Position numbers and translations under genes: made by a program. Below, piece by piece: positions 1 to 10,121 of a stretch of DNA of 64,000 nt. The stretch is taken from NCBI GenBank assembly GCA_002345145.1, contig DDVC01000073.1, forward strand, positions 17,809 to 81,808, written 5' to 3'. Source of the stretch: Bacteroidetes bacterium UBA2322. Its GTDB lineage: Bacteria > Bacteroidota > Bacteroidia > Chitinophagales > UBA2359. Position 1 is the stretch's first letter, and every line of letters begins with the position of its first letter. The notes beneath the pieces are model-generated. The model worked only from the letters and a program-made list of their open reading frames with translations, made no database searches and was not told where the DNA came from.

Positions 1-1
1 T

Positions 2-313
2 CCTCTTAGTTATGCCTACTGTTCAGACACAGCCTACTCCGAGCCGCTTATACCGCTGGTAAAAGGGGTAGATGTGCTTTATCACGAAAGCACGTATTTA
101 TCTGATATGCAAGAGGTTGCGCCGCTTCGCGGACATTCTACCAGTATTGATGCCGCCAAAATTGCTCGGGCTGCCGGTGTGGGCAAGTTGTTTTTAGGAC
201 ATTTTTCGCCTCGGTATGACCGCCTCCACCATTATTTGCACGAAGCTCGTCCGTTTTTTCCCGATACCTATCTTGCCACAGAGGGCTTGGTGATAAATAT
301 AGCCGGTAATTAA
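2..313 (+). CDS. rnz: Ribonuclease Z, C-terminal part (5' end outside window)
   Basis: Open frame from base 2 reads YAYCSDTAY...VLYHEST...GHST...LFLGHFSPRY, the RNase Z C-terminal motifs. Confidence 0.92.
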   Translation, partial: PLSYAYCSDTAYSEPLIPLVKGVDVLYHESTYLSDMQEVAPLRGHSTSIDAAKIARAAGVGKLFLGHFSPRYDRLHHYLHEARPFFPDTYLATEGLVINIAGN

Positions 314-331
314 TACTTTCCTTGCACCCAA

Positions 332-1219
332 TTAGGCTTGCAGTGCATTGATATGATGCAAAATGTCTTCTGCTTTTCTGAAAAGATGTAAGTTAAGCGC
401 GGGTGTACTGTTGTAGGAAGCCAATCTGTTCCCCGAAATAAAAACAGGGGTATTAGCAAACTGTTCACCAAGGGCTTGCAAGTAAGCATCTATGTCTTCA
501 TCTGTTGGTGTGGAGGTGAAAATGGTGTAAATGGCATCGGGTTTCTTAAACTGTACTACTTCTACCACATCATTTAGCGGTACACTCATGCCTAAGTAAG
601 TAATGCGGTGGTTTCGGCTTTTGAGTAGATAAGAAAGAAACAAGAGGCTTATTTCATGCAGCTCGCCTTCGGGCAGGAAAAGCAGGCAATGTTTAGTGTT
701 TTCGTTGTATTTAACCACCTGCCCGTCTATGGCAACAATAATTTTTTGCCTGATAAGGTTGGTAATAAAGTGTTCCTGCGCCGGATTTACCCCGCCCGTA
801 GTCCACATAACCCCAATTTTGATGAGAAAAGGGTAAACTACACATAACATAGTTTGCTGAAGTCCGTATTGTAAAATGCAGGTGGCAATTATTTTTTCAA
901 ACCGGTCTTCGTCAACATCTATCATTGACTGTGTTAGTTCGTTGATGTGAACTTCGTATTTGAGGTCGGTTGTAGTGAGGTTGCTAACGCTTTTTTTAAT
1001 TTGGTCATTGCTCATTTTAGCAATAGCGCCTATCCTATACCCCTGCTTGCTCAGCAAAACAATGTTTAAGATGAGTTTAAGGTCATTGTCGGAGTAGTAA
1101 CGAATATTTGTATCGGTACGATGCGGCTGCACTAAATTATAACGCTGCTCCCATATTCGCAGGGTATGGGCTTTTATACCCGATAAGTTTTCAATATCTT
1201 TGATAGAATACTGAGCCAT
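332..1219 (-). CDS. MerR-family regulator with B12-binding domain (CarH/LitR-like)
   Basis: N-terminal MerR HTH (YSIKDIENLSGIKAHTLRIWEQRY), W-x9-EH motif (WTTGGVNPAQEH) and ExH (PEGELHEIS). Confidence 0.85.
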   Translation of the reverse strand: MAQYSIKDIENLSGIKAHTLRIWEQRYNLVQPHRTDTNIRYYSDNDLKLILNIVLLSKQGYRIGAIAKMSNDQIKKSVSNLTTTDLKYEVHINELTQSMIDVDEDRFEKIIATCILQYGLQQTMLCVVYPFLIKIGVMWTTGGVNPAQEHFITNLIRQKIIVAIDGQVVKYNENTKHCLLFLPEGELHEISLLFLSYLLKSRNHRITYLGMSVPLNDVVEVVQFKKPDAIYTIFTSTPTDEDIDAYLQALGEQFANTPVFISGNRLASYNSTPALNLHLFRKAEDILHHINALQA

Positions 1220-1232
1220 AGTTTCCCATTTT

Positions 1233-1284
1233 GTTTAGCTTCTGAACTAAACGGTTAAACAAAACTCAAACAAAAAGGTTTAAC
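1233..1284. promoter_or_regulatory. Candidate autoregulatory operator of the MerR/CarH-like gene
   Basis: Imperfect palindrome GTTTAG..CTAAAC (1233-1252), 11-bp-spaced TTAAACAAAAC/TCAAACAAAAA (1255-1276) and inverted GGTTTAAC (1277-1284), just upstream of the start at 1219. Confidence 0.3.
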
Positions 1285-1383
1285 CTATTTTTTGCGGAAC
1301 AAAAAAAAAGACCAAAAAGCGGCGGGTTAATGTTATAGTAAGCGTAGGTGATGCGGTAACCGATAAAAAAGCAGACGAGGCAG

Positions 1384-3150
1384 TTACTCCACTAAAGCAG
1401 CAAACTGGGTATCGTATAATTTGCGGTAAACGCCGTTGTGTTCGAGTAGTTCAAGGTGGGTACCCATTTCTGCTATTTGTCCTTTATCAAGCACCATAAT
1501 TTGGTTAGCGTGCAAAATGGTACTGAGGCGGTGTGCTATGATGATAGCTGTGCGGTTTTGTACCAGTTTATCCATGGCATACTGCACCATTTGTTCGGTT
1601 TCGGTATCTATGGAGGAGGTAGCCTCGTCTAAAATGAGGATTTGCGGGTCAAAAACCAAGGCGCGGATGAAAGAAATTAGTTGTCTTTGCCCCATAGATA
1701 AGGTAGCGCCCCGCTCCATTACATTGTAATGGTACTGCCCGGGCAGTTTGCAGATAAACTCATGCGCGCCCATTAGTTTGGCGGCGTTTTCAACTTGTTG
1801 TTGGGTGATATTGGGGTTTCGGAGGGTTATGTTTTCAAAAATAGTGCCCGAAAACAGGAACACATCTTGTAAAACCAAACCTATATTATTTCGCAGCGCA
1901 TTTAGGGTGTACTCCTTTATATTATGCCCATCAATTTCAATGCTGCCTTGTTGTATGTCATAAAACCTATTGAGGAGGTTAATGATAGAAGATTTACCTG
2001 CTCCGGTAGCGCCCACAATGGCAAGAGTTTGACCGGCTTTTACCGTAAAGTTTACATTGCGCAACACCCAGTCTTTATCGTTGTAGGCAAACCAAACATT
2101 ATTAAAAGTTATGTCGCCCTTAAATCGGGCTTGTTTTGTGCCGGTATCGGGTATATGGTCGTTTCGGTCAAGAACATGAAATACCCGCTCCGATGCCACC
2201 ATACCCATTTGCAGGGTGTTAAATTTATCTGCCAACATGCGCATGGGGTAAAACAGCATATTAAGGTATAAAATAAAGGCAATAAGTGTGCCTATGGTAG
2301 TATAATCGCTTACTACCGCATGAGCGCCATACCAAACCATAAGCCCCAAAGCTATGGCAATAATGATTTCGACTGCCGGAAAAAAAACAGAATAGTACCA
2401 AATAGACTTAATATGTGCATCGGTTTGCCGCCGGTTAATGGCATTAAATTTATCCATTTCTTGTTTTTCGGCAGCAAAAATTTGTACTACGCTCATGCCC
2501 GATATGTGCTCCTGCAAAAAAGCGTTCATGGCGGCTACCTGTGTGCGCACTTCCTGAAACGTTTTTTTTATGCCTTCTTTAAATAAGTAAGTGGCATAAA
2601 TAAGAAGCGGAAAAGTGGTTAAACAAACTAAGGTAAGTTTCCAATCGGTATAAAGCATAATAGAGAGCACCACTATTATGGTAAATAAATCAGCAATAAT
2701 AGTTATCATGCCTTCCGAAAAAATATCGTTTACCGTTTCCACATCATTAATGGCGCGGGTGGTAGAAGTACCGATTGGTGTGGTGTCAAAATACCGCAAA
2801 CGAAAATGCAGCATGTGGTTAAATACCTTTACCCGAAGATTTTTAATAACCGACTGCCCCAGCCATGAGGTTAAGTACCCAAAATTATACCTACAAATGC
2901 TTTCTACTATGAGCAGCCCTATCAACAGCATGGTCATATTTACAAGTCCGGTAGCATGAGGTATTAACACGTAGTTATCTACCGTTTGCTGTATGAGGTA
3001 TGGGCGAAGAGGGCTCAATGCTGCAAGCGCTAATGCTAACAGCGTGGCAACAACAAACTGTGTTTTAAACGGACTTGCTAAGTGCAATACCCGTTTTAGC
3101 AAATGCCAATCTAATATATTGCTGCCTTTAGACTTAGGAGGCTGACTCAT
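1384..3150 (-). CDS. ABC transporter, fused permease/ATP-binding (MsbA/MdlB-like)
   Basis: N-terminal TM helices; Walker A GATGAGKS, signature LSMGQRQL, Walker B ILILDEATS. Confidence 0.95.
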   Translation of the reverse strand: MSQPPKSKGSNILDWHLLKRVLHLASPFKTQFVVATLLALALAALSPLRPYLIQQTVDNYVLIPHATGLVNMTMLLIGLLIVESICRYNFGYLTSWLGQSVIKNLRVKVFNHMLHFRLRYFDTTPIGTSTTRAINDVETVNDIFSEGMITIIADLFTIIVVLSIMLYTDWKLTLVCLTTFPLLIYATYLFKEGIKKTFQEVRTQVAAMNAFLQEHISGMSVVQIFAAEKQEMDKFNAINRRQTDAHIKSIWYYSVFFPAVEIIIAIALGLMVWYGAHAVVSDYTTIGTLIAFILYLNMLFYPMRMLADKFNTLQMGMVASERVFHVLDRNDHIPDTGTKQARFKGDITFNNVWFAYNDKDWVLRNVNFTVKAGQTLAIVGATGAGKSSIINLLNRFYDIQQGSIEIDGHNIKEYTLNALRNNIGLVLQDVFLFSGTIFENITLRNPNITQQQVENAAKLMGAHEFICKLPGQYHYNVMERGATLSMGQRQLISFIRALVFDPQILILDEATSSIDTETEQMVQYAMDKLVQNRTAIIIAHRLSTILHANQIMVLDKGQIAEMGTHLELLEHNGVYRKLYDTQFAALVE

Positions 3151-3463
3151 GCTGTAATGTAGTGTAAATTAAAAATACATAGGCTTTAATAAGGTAGTGT
3201 GATGAAGCTATCCTGTAAATATTGCCACAGCTAATTAAAACCGATAAAGGAGGCTTAATGTTTAACTGCCCTGCCCGATAAAATTAATAGAGCTTTCTGT
3301 AATTTTTTGCCGTTAGCAATCGTTACATATTTGTATTTGCTTCGTCTTACTTGGGTTAAATGTGTTGTTATAAGACTCCAATCTGTTTTTGCGGAAACGC
3401 GAGCTTCTTCTAACCTCCTGCCACTTAAATTATGAACCTATTGTTTGACCTTCACTTTTTGTT

Positions 3464-4045
3464 ATGACTTTTAAAGTAAAACTTAAAAACGCCGATAAGT
3501 ATGCTTTGCTCGATGTATCTGTTTATGAGCACCTATTAAACAATGAGTATATGAAGGGGCTTGGTTTTTTAGAAAACTTGCGGCTCCACTCTAACGGATA
3601 CGTTTTTTTTCAGAAAAATCACCCACAAAAAGATGGTTCATATAAAAATGAAACCATTTACTTACACAAATACGTGGCAGAACGTTTTGTGCAAAAATCT
3701 GATACCGGTGATGGCAGAAAGTTATACGTAAGTATTACCAACGGCGATAAATTAGACTGCCGGGTGGCTAATTTGGATTGGGTACCTCGTTCTATTGCGG
3801 TGCGCAATACCAAGCGAACAATCAATAAAACCGGTTACAGGGGGGTAAGTTTAGAAAGAAACAAATATCGGGCGGTTATTTACCAAGGTAAGCAAAAAAT
3901 AGACCTTGGTTTTTACCCCACTGCCGAGGCTGCTGCCGAAGCGTACAACAAAAAATCGGAAGAGCTCTTTGGTAAAACCCGAAACCTAAATGTAATAGGC
4001 ATGCCCCGATTATTGAAAAAGAAAAAAAAGGGCAGGGATCAGTAG
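3464..4045 (+). CDS. HNH-like (degenerate) plus AP2 DNA-binding domain protein
   Basis: IYLHKYV...VSITNGDKLDCRVANL resembles HNH_3; TGYRGVS...KYRAVI...LGFYPTAEAAAEAYN is an AP2 domain. Confidence 0.75.
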   Translation: MTFKVKLKNADKYALLDVSVYEHLLNNEYMKGLGFLENLRLHSNGYVFFQKNHPQKDGSYKNETIYLHKYVAERFVQKSDTGDGRKLYVSITNGDKLDCRVANLDWVPRSIAVRNTKRTINKTGYRGVSLERNKYRAVIYQGKQKIDLGFYPTAEAAAEAYNKKSEELFGKTRNLNVIGMPRLLKKKKKGRDQ

Positions 4046-4067
4046 TTTGTGGTGTATTTATTTGGAT

Positions 4068-5912
4068 TTATATAATACCATGTAACGAGCCGCCTTTTGC
4101 GCCAAGGGCATCTACCCGTTTTTCTATAGCAGGGTCTTCTACCAAGGGCGGGGCATGGTGGGGTTTAATGCGTGCATCAATAATGAGCGACCCTCTACAA
4201 CCCCAGTGTTTGTGTTCGGTAAAACTGTTTATGCCATGAATATCGTGTGAGGGGTTGCTACGGGTAAAGGTAACCCATAAGAAATTGCGCAGATTTCGGG
4301 CAGTAAATTCACCATCATCGCACAAAACAAGGAGCGGAAAACCGGCAAGGGCATCAGCGCCTAAACCTTGCAGGTGTTGGCTGAGTTGTTCAATCTGTTG
4401 CAGAGCGGTTGTTTCGGTGGTGTAAGGTGGGGCGGTTATAGCTATAGCGCCGGGCAAGGCTATGCAGGGATTGACAAACCCATAGGGCAGAGTTAGGTTG
4501 GGGGGCAAATGGGTGTTTAAGGTGCGTTTTACCTCGCCCGCGGCAGCCATTACCACCTTTGACCCACTGTTTAAGCCGGTGCCGCTGTAATCGAGCGTAT
4601 CTATACTGGTTTTGGTTTGGAAGTGGAGGTCGCGCGTCCAATCTATGCGTTCCAGCAAGTGGGTAAAAAACGCTTCTATGTTGTGCGTATGCAACTGCGG
4701 GTTGTCTTCTTTGGCTACAATAAGCAGGTATTTAGCCAGCGACATTTGCCCAAAACCCAAAATATGGTTGGCAATAGTAAGTATTTCCTGTGGTTTTCGG
4801 TGGGTGTAGTAGGGAGTGTAGCGCTCGCTGCCAATGGCAAGCAGCAGGGGGTGAACGCCGGCGGCATCTACGGCGTTTACCTCGTGTAATCCGGGTAGTT
4901 CTGAGGGTATTACGGCTCCGGTAATTTCATGTATAAGCGCTCCAAAACTGGTGTCTTCTTGTGGCGGGCGACCAACTACGGTAAAACTCCAAACGGCATT
5001 TTTGCGGTGCCACACTTTGTGTACCTGCATAACAGGAAAATCATGTTGAAGGCTGTAATAACCAAGGTGGTCGCCAAACGGACCTTCGGGTTTGTTTTGG
5101 TGCGGATATACGTAGCCTGTTATAACAAAATCGGCATCGGAAGAAAGGCAGAATCCATCTTGATACGTGTATCGGAAACGCCTACCCGATAATGCGCCGG
5201 CAAAAATCAGTTCCGATAGTCCTTCGGGCAGAGGCATTACCGCCGATAGGATATGCGCCGGTGGTCCGCCTACAAAAATGCTCACTTTTAATGGTTCGCC
5301 TTTGGCATTGGCTTTGGTTTGGTGTACGCCTATGCCACGGTGGAGTTGGTAGTGTAGCCCTATTTCTTTGTTGGGGATATAATTGTTTCCGCTGAGTTGA
5401 ATGCGGTACATGCCTAAATTTGAGCCCATTACGCCGGGTTTGTCTATGTCTTCAGTATAAACAAGGGGTAGGGTAACAAAAGCTCCTCCATCAAGTGGCC
5501 ACGATTTAATTTGGGGCAGTTGGTTTATGGTGGTTTGCCCAAAGGTAACCGGGCTGCCAAACAAGCTGCGCATGGGCAGTGAGTTAATGCCTGTAAAGGG
5601 TACGCTTAGGTATTGCCATGGTTTTTTTAGGGCGGCTTCGGGGTTGGCTTTTAGGGCTACTACTTTTTGCACCCGCTCAAGGGTGTGGCGGAACATAAAT
5701 TTGCTTCGCTCTAATGACCCAAAAAGGTTGGAGGCGCAAGTAAAACGGCTGTCTTTTACGTTGGTAAACCAAAGCGCCGGACCACCGGCTTCGTACACGC
5801 GGCGGTGTATGGCAGCCATTTCTAAATTGGGGTCAACTTGTTCGGTTATGCGAACTAAATGACCGTGTTTTTCTAAATCGATGAGGCAATCAAAGGTGCT
5901 TTTATATGGCAT
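4068..5912 (-). CDS. UbiD-family (prFMN-dependent) decarboxylase
   Basis: NLFGS, NLGMYR, EGPFGDHLGYYS, VVGRPPQED motifs; start moved to MPYKST (5912). Confidence 0.9.
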   Translation of the reverse strand: MPYKSTFDCLIDLEKHGHLVRITEQVDPNLEMAAIHRRVYEAGGPALWFTNVKDSRFTCASNLFGSLERSKFMFRHTLERVQKVVALKANPEAALKKPWQYLSVPFTGINSLPMRSLFGSPVTFGQTTINQLPQIKSWPLDGGAFVTLPLVYTEDIDKPGVMGSNLGMYRIQLSGNNYIPNKEIGLHYQLHRGIGVHQTKANAKGEPLKVSIFVGGPPAHILSAVMPLPEGLSELIFAGALSGRRFRYTYQDGFCLSSDADFVITGYVYPHQNKPEGPFGDHLGYYSLQHDFPVMQVHKVWHRKNAVWSFTVVGRPPQEDTSFGALIHEITGAVIPSELPGLHEVNAVDAAGVHPLLLAIGSERYTPYYTHRKPQEILTIANHILGFGQMSLAKYLLIVAKEDNPQLHTHNIEAFFTHLLERIDWTRDLHFQTKTSIDTLDYSGTGLNSGSKVVMAAAGEVKRTLNTHLPPNLTLPYGFVNPCIALPGAIAITAPPYTTETTALQQIEQLSQHLQGLGADALAGFPLLVLCDDGEFTARNLRNFLWVTFTRSNPSHDIHGINSFTEHKHWGCRGSLIIDARIKPHHAPPLVEDPAIEKRVDALGAKGGSLHGII

Positions 5913-6161
5913 ACTATAAAGTGTTTGTTGGTTAGTAGTGGTTAATGGCAGTAAAACGCTTGCCAGAACGCACACTTTTGTAAAACAGACTTTATGGTGT
6001 TTGGTTTTATAGCAGTGCTCAATAAGGGGTAAAAGCGTGTATTGATTGAGTGCAAGTTGTTATGAATTTTACCGGCAAATGCCGTTGTATTAGGCTTGTT
6101 TTCGGCGTTTAAGTGAGAGGTAATCTAAAAAGTAAAGGATTTTAATAGAGAGGTTGTTGTT

Positions 6162-8591
6162 TTAGTCGCTGGCAAGGGTGTTGCCAAAGTTGTTTAAGTA
6201 GGTATCGCCGGTGGTGCGGGTAAAACGGTAAATGGCGTTTTTCCATACTACACTCATTTCGCTGCCGGGGGCAAACTGCCATGTGTAAACACAATCTATA
6301 TTGAAGGCGTTGAAATTGGCATTGTGTTTTAGACTGCCATCGGGATTAGTACCTGAGTAATCGGTATTGCTGAGCATTCCATCGGGCGTTAGCAAATAGT
6401 ATTGGGCATAATCGGCTTCTGAAAAATAATGTCTTAGGCGGAAAGTAATGCCCATTCGGTTGGTAAAGATGTAGTTTGTTGAAAATACATTTTCTATGGT
6501 TTGCACGTCTCTCCTACCAAAAATGATGTTGTTTTTGTTGTTGTCGGAAAAGTTTACAAATCCTACGTCTTGCAGTTGGTTGGTATAACTGAAATCGAGG
6601 CGGAAGCGGAGTTTGTTGGAGGCGCGCAAAATGGGGCTGATGCCAAAGTTGTAGGTGTGGCGGTTTTGGTCATTAAAAACCCGATAATTTAAGTTGGCAT
6701 CTATGGCAAGTATTTTATCGTAATTACTTGAAAGCCAAAACCCTGCTTGATGATTGGTAGGAAAGGTGTAATACCTGCCTTGCACACGGGGTTCAAAGTA
6801 ATCGTATGTAGTGATGGGTTCGTGGTAAGACCATACGCCTAAACTGAGTTGCTTTTTAGTGGTAGTCCAAACATCGGCGCTTAATGAGAAGTTTTGGAAT
6901 GCATTTGGCTTATAAATGCGCGAGTATTCAACTCGGGCAGATGTGTATAAGTTTAAAAACCTGCCAAATGGTTTGTAGATATTATATCGGGCTTGAGCGC
7001 CAAAGTTCATGATGTTGTTGAAGCGCAAAAATCCTAAGTCGTTGTGGTCATAAGTATTGCTGATTACGCTGTTCCATGCGGTTAGCTGGGTGTTGCCGCT
7101 TATTTTACCTCCTTGTATGTTGTATCGGTAGCCTATATCTGGATTGGTAAAATTGTTGTGGTATTTTTGGCTTATTGCTCCCGACCCGTTTATGGCGTAG
7201 GTGTTTTGTTTGTCGGCAAATCTAAACTCGGTGCCGGTTACGTTGGCATCGGTAGCTGTGCCTCCTCGGTAAACATTGGTATTGATTAGGGTTAGGTAGG
7301 AATTGTTTTTGAAGTTTTGGTCTAAGACAAAAATGTTGTAATTGGTAAGGGGTTCTGTTTGGATACGGCGGGTTTGGTTTTCGGTATTTTTAATTTCGGC
7401 AAAGGCGGGCGCTGTTACGGAGTTTAGCAGCCCAATGCCCAACCCGCCGGTGGTTCTGCCCGATATTTTGGTGGAGTTGAGCAGTTGCACTACGGAGGGG
7501 TTTGCCTGTATGGTTTCGCCTTCTTGCAATTGGTTCTGAACTTCCCAAAACCCCGATGGAGTTCCTCCAATGCGGCGCGAGTAAAATAAATCGGCTTTAC
7601 CAAATAACTCGGTGCCTTCGGTAAAAAACTGGCGGTTTTCGTTAAAACGCACTTCAAACGGGCTAAGGTTCAGCACTTGGTTATCAGATTGTACCTGACC
7701 AAAATCGGGCACTAAGGTCATATCAAGGGTAAAAGCATCGTTTATACCATATTTAATATCCATACCTGCATTAAAACCTTTGAGCAATTCATTGTCGGCT
7801 TCGGGTTTGTAGTAGTGGTCTAAATTACCCGATATATAGGGGTAAAAAAATAATCTTACAGGGGCTTTTATGCCATCTAAACCGGTAAGTTTACCCGATT
7901 GATTGAGGAATCCGCTAATTTCGGGGCGAACTTCGTTCCAAACCGATAATTGCCTTGAACGGCGCACCTGACGCAAAAAATTGATGTTCCAGGTTTGTTT
8001 TTCGGCATTGGCAAACCGGAGCGCTGAAAAGGGGATGCGCATTTCTACCGTCCAGCCGTGTTTATTGAGCGATACTTCGCTTTGCCAAACGGCGTTCCAT
8101 GTACTTTCTTCGCCTAAAATGGTGTATTTTATGTCGGTTTGCACACCGGTTGCACTCACTAAAAATCCCAGTCCGTTTAACCCATCTTGGTAGGCATCTA
8201 TGATAACACCAAACCAATCGGCATTACCGGTATTATCTCTTTGCGAGAGCTGGGTTAAAATACTATCGGGGTGTCTATCATACAAGTGTGCGCCTATGTA
8301 TAAAGCGTCATCGTCATAAAGTACTAATACTTCGGTTTGCTGATGGGGTGGTTTACCCGGATTGGGTTCAAACAAAATGAAATTATCTGCTTTTTGCACA
8401 TTGGCATTTGTCCAAGCCTCATCGGTTAAAATGCCGTCTATTTTGGGCGGATTGGATAGCCTTTTAACCGTTAGTTGCCTTGGAGCTATTTTATCTTTAT
8501 CGTTTGTAGTGGGTGTGGAGGCGGTTAAAGGCAAGGGTAATAACCAAGTTACAATATACACCAATAGGGCTACAATAAGGGTGTTTTTCAT
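6162..8591 (-). CDS. Outer-membrane protein, CBM9-like/DUF5916 family
   Basis: Signal peptide; PKIDGILTDEAW, YDDDALYIGA, WTVEMRIPFSALRF, PDFGQVQSD, ENRQFFTEG. Confidence 0.8.
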   Translation of the reverse strand: MKNTLIVALLVYIVTWLLPLPLTASTPTTNDKDKIAPRQLTVKRLSNPPKIDGILTDEAWTNANVQKADNFILFEPNPGKPPHQQTEVLVLYDDDALYIGAHLYDRHPDSILTQLSQRDNTGNADWFGVIIDAYQDGLNGLGFLVSATGVQTDIKYTILGEESTWNAVWQSEVSLNKHGWTVEMRIPFSALRFANAEKQTWNINFLRQVRRSRQLSVWNEVRPEISGFLNQSGKLTGLDGIKAPVRLFFYPYISGNLDHYYKPEADNELLKGFNAGMDIKYGINDAFTLDMTLVPDFGQVQSDNQVLNLSPFEVRFNENRQFFTEGTELFGKADLFYSRRIGGTPSGFWEVQNQLQEGETIQANPSVVQLLNSTKISGRTTGGLGIGLLNSVTAPAFAEIKNTENQTRRIQTEPLTNYNIFVLDQNFKNNSYLTLINTNVYRGGTATDANVTGTEFRFADKQNTYAINGSGAISQKYHNNFTNPDIGYRYNIQGGKISGNTQLTAWNSVISNTYDHNDLGFLRFNNIMNFGAQARYNIYKPFGRFLNLYTSARVEYSRIYKPNAFQNFSLSADVWTTTKKQLSLGVWSYHEPITTYDYFEPRVQGRYYTFPTNHQAGFWLSSNYDKILAIDANLNYRVFNDQNRHTYNFGISPILRASNKLRFRLDFSYTNQLQDVGFVNFSDNNKNNIIFGRRDVQTIENVFSTNYIFTNRMGITFRLRHYFSEADYAQYYLLTPDGMLSNTDYSGTNPDGSLKHNANFNAFNIDCVYTWQFAPGSEMSVVWKNAIYRFTRTTGDTYLNNFGNTLASD

Positions 8592-8792
8592 AGGGAGTAG
8601 TTTGCGGTGGTGAGTGGTTGCCCAATTGGTACTTGGTGGGTAGGTAGTTGTTACGTTTTGGTTCAGCGTTTAACTTTGTTTAACTTAACTTTGTTGTAAA
8701 CCGTTTTTTTTAAACGGCACAGAATTTAGGCAAAATGTACGCCAATTGCATAAATTTACCTTTTTATTGGCACGCAGGCAACCATTTACCCT

Positions 8793-8800
8793 TACTTTTG
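8793..8800 (+). promoter_or_regulatory. Bacteroidota sigma70 -7 element (TACTTTTG)
   Basis: Matches TAnnTTTG, about 40 nt upstream of the ATG at 8842. Confidence 0.45.
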
Positions 8801-8841
8801 CGTTTAGGGGATTATTTTTAACAAACTTACTGCAATTTTTT

Positions 8842-9585
8842 ATGCGTTTTACAATTCTTTGCCTCATTTTTTGTTTGGTGAGTGTAGCCGGTTATGCTCA
8901 AACAAAGACCGAATCGGTGGTGTATTTAAAAAATGGGTCTGTTTTGCGTGGGGAATTGGTTAATCCCGAAAGTTCAGGAAAAATATCTATAAAAATTGTT
9001 GGCAATAATTTATTTGTTTTTGACCTTGCAGAGGTTGAAAAAATAACCACCGAAAGCAAATACAAGCCCAATTTTGCTCCTAAAAAAGGGTACTCGGCTA
9101 TGAACGAGGTGGGTATGCTGGTTAGTACCGGCAATGAAAGCGCCGGTTTGGTGTTGCAAACTATTCATGGTTATTCGGTAAATCCATACCTTACAATGGG
9201 TGCCGGGGTGGGGTTACATGTTTACTACAACCTGCCTATGAGTTATTATTACTATTACACTAACAGCACTAAGGTAATACCGGTTTTTGCCAATGTAAGT
9301 GGCGAGCTATTGCCTGCCTACCGTGTAAGCCCCTATTACTATGGAAGAGTGGGTTATGGCATAGATGCAACTGATAGAGAAGCGTTTGCAGACAGCCGCG
9401 GCGGGCTTATGTTTGGTGTGGGTGTGGGCATGAAGGTAAAAGGAAATAACCAACTTAGCTGGATATTAGGCGTGGGTTACCAGTTTCAGAAATACTATGC
9501 CGAGTTTCAGCAATGGGAGGGCAGCACGGTTACCAATAACTTATCTATAAGAAGATTGGCAATTACTACGGGCATAGCTTTTTAG
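8842..9585 (+). CDS. Exported hypothetical protein, probable small outer-membrane beta-barrel
   Basis: Signal peptide from MRFTIL, VVYLKNGSVLRG N-terminal module, alternating beta-strand pattern, terminal Phe. Confidence 0.65.
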   Translation: MRFTILCLIFCLVSVAGYAQTKTESVVYLKNGSVLRGELVNPESSGKISIKIVGNNLFVFDLAEVEKITTESKYKPNFAPKKGYSAMNEVGMLVSTGNESAGLVLQTIHGYSVNPYLTMGAGVGLHVYYNLPMSYYYYYTNSTKVIPVFANVSGELLPAYRVSPYYYGRVGYGIDATDREAFADSRGGLMFGVGVGMKVKGNNQLSWILGVGYQFQKYYAEFQQWEGSTVTNNLSIRRLAITTGIAF

Positions 9586-9587
9586 TT

Positions 9588-10103
9588 TTATGCTAAAATA
9601 TGCGATTTTGACCCGCGCCCGTAACCAAACGGATAGGTTTTAGCCTCTGTTTTTGCTTGTTCTACTTTTTGGCTGATTTCGGCGGCAAATAGGTTCAGCT
9701 CTTCTATTACCGCTGCAATAGCTTCATCAGATTGGGTTGATTTACTGCGCAAAACATCATACAACTTGTAATAGGAGGAGTTGTTTTTTTGTGCAGCCTT
9801 ACTAAGCAATGGTTTCATATTGAGCATGTCATGATGCAAAATCAGCAAGGGCGAAATTTCTTTTTTACTCTTGTCTGCATTTGCCGCTTTTTCAAACTTG
9901 GCAGCTAATTTGCCAACCTGTGTGGCAATTTTTGCAAATAGCTTTATCAGCGCTTGTGCTTCTTGCTCCTGAAACCGATGCCTGCCCGATGCCCGGCTGC
10001 GCAAACGCGAATAACCTGCCGGCGTGTAGTATTCATATAACTGTGCCGATACCTTGCTTACCACTACGCAAGGGTGATTTAAAAGATATTGTAAACTTTC
10101 CAT
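9588..10103 (-). CDS. Hypothetical protein, two weakly repeated helical (HTH-like) modules
   Basis: 171-aa ORF co-oriented 18 nt downstream of cas6; the two halves align weakly. Confidence 0.55.
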   Translation of the reverse strand: MESLQYLLNHPCVVVSKVSAQLYEYYTPAGYSRLRSRASGRHRFQEQEAQALIKLFAKIATQVGKLAAKFEKAANADKSKKEISPLLILHHDMLNMKPLLSKAAQKNNSSYYKLYDVLRSKSTQSDEAIAAVIEELNLFAAEISQKVEQAKTEAKTYPFGYGRGSKSHILA

Positions 10104-10121
10104 GCAAGTATAAATTGAGGG

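Noticed and set aside
3464-4045. HNH-AP2 as a homing endonuclease or prophage marker
   Set aside because: No intron, intein or phage genes nearby, and the catalytic residues are degenerate.
8671-8695. TAACTTTGTT repeated twice
   Set aside because: Short and AT-rich in a divergent-promoter region; not distinguishable from promoter-like background.
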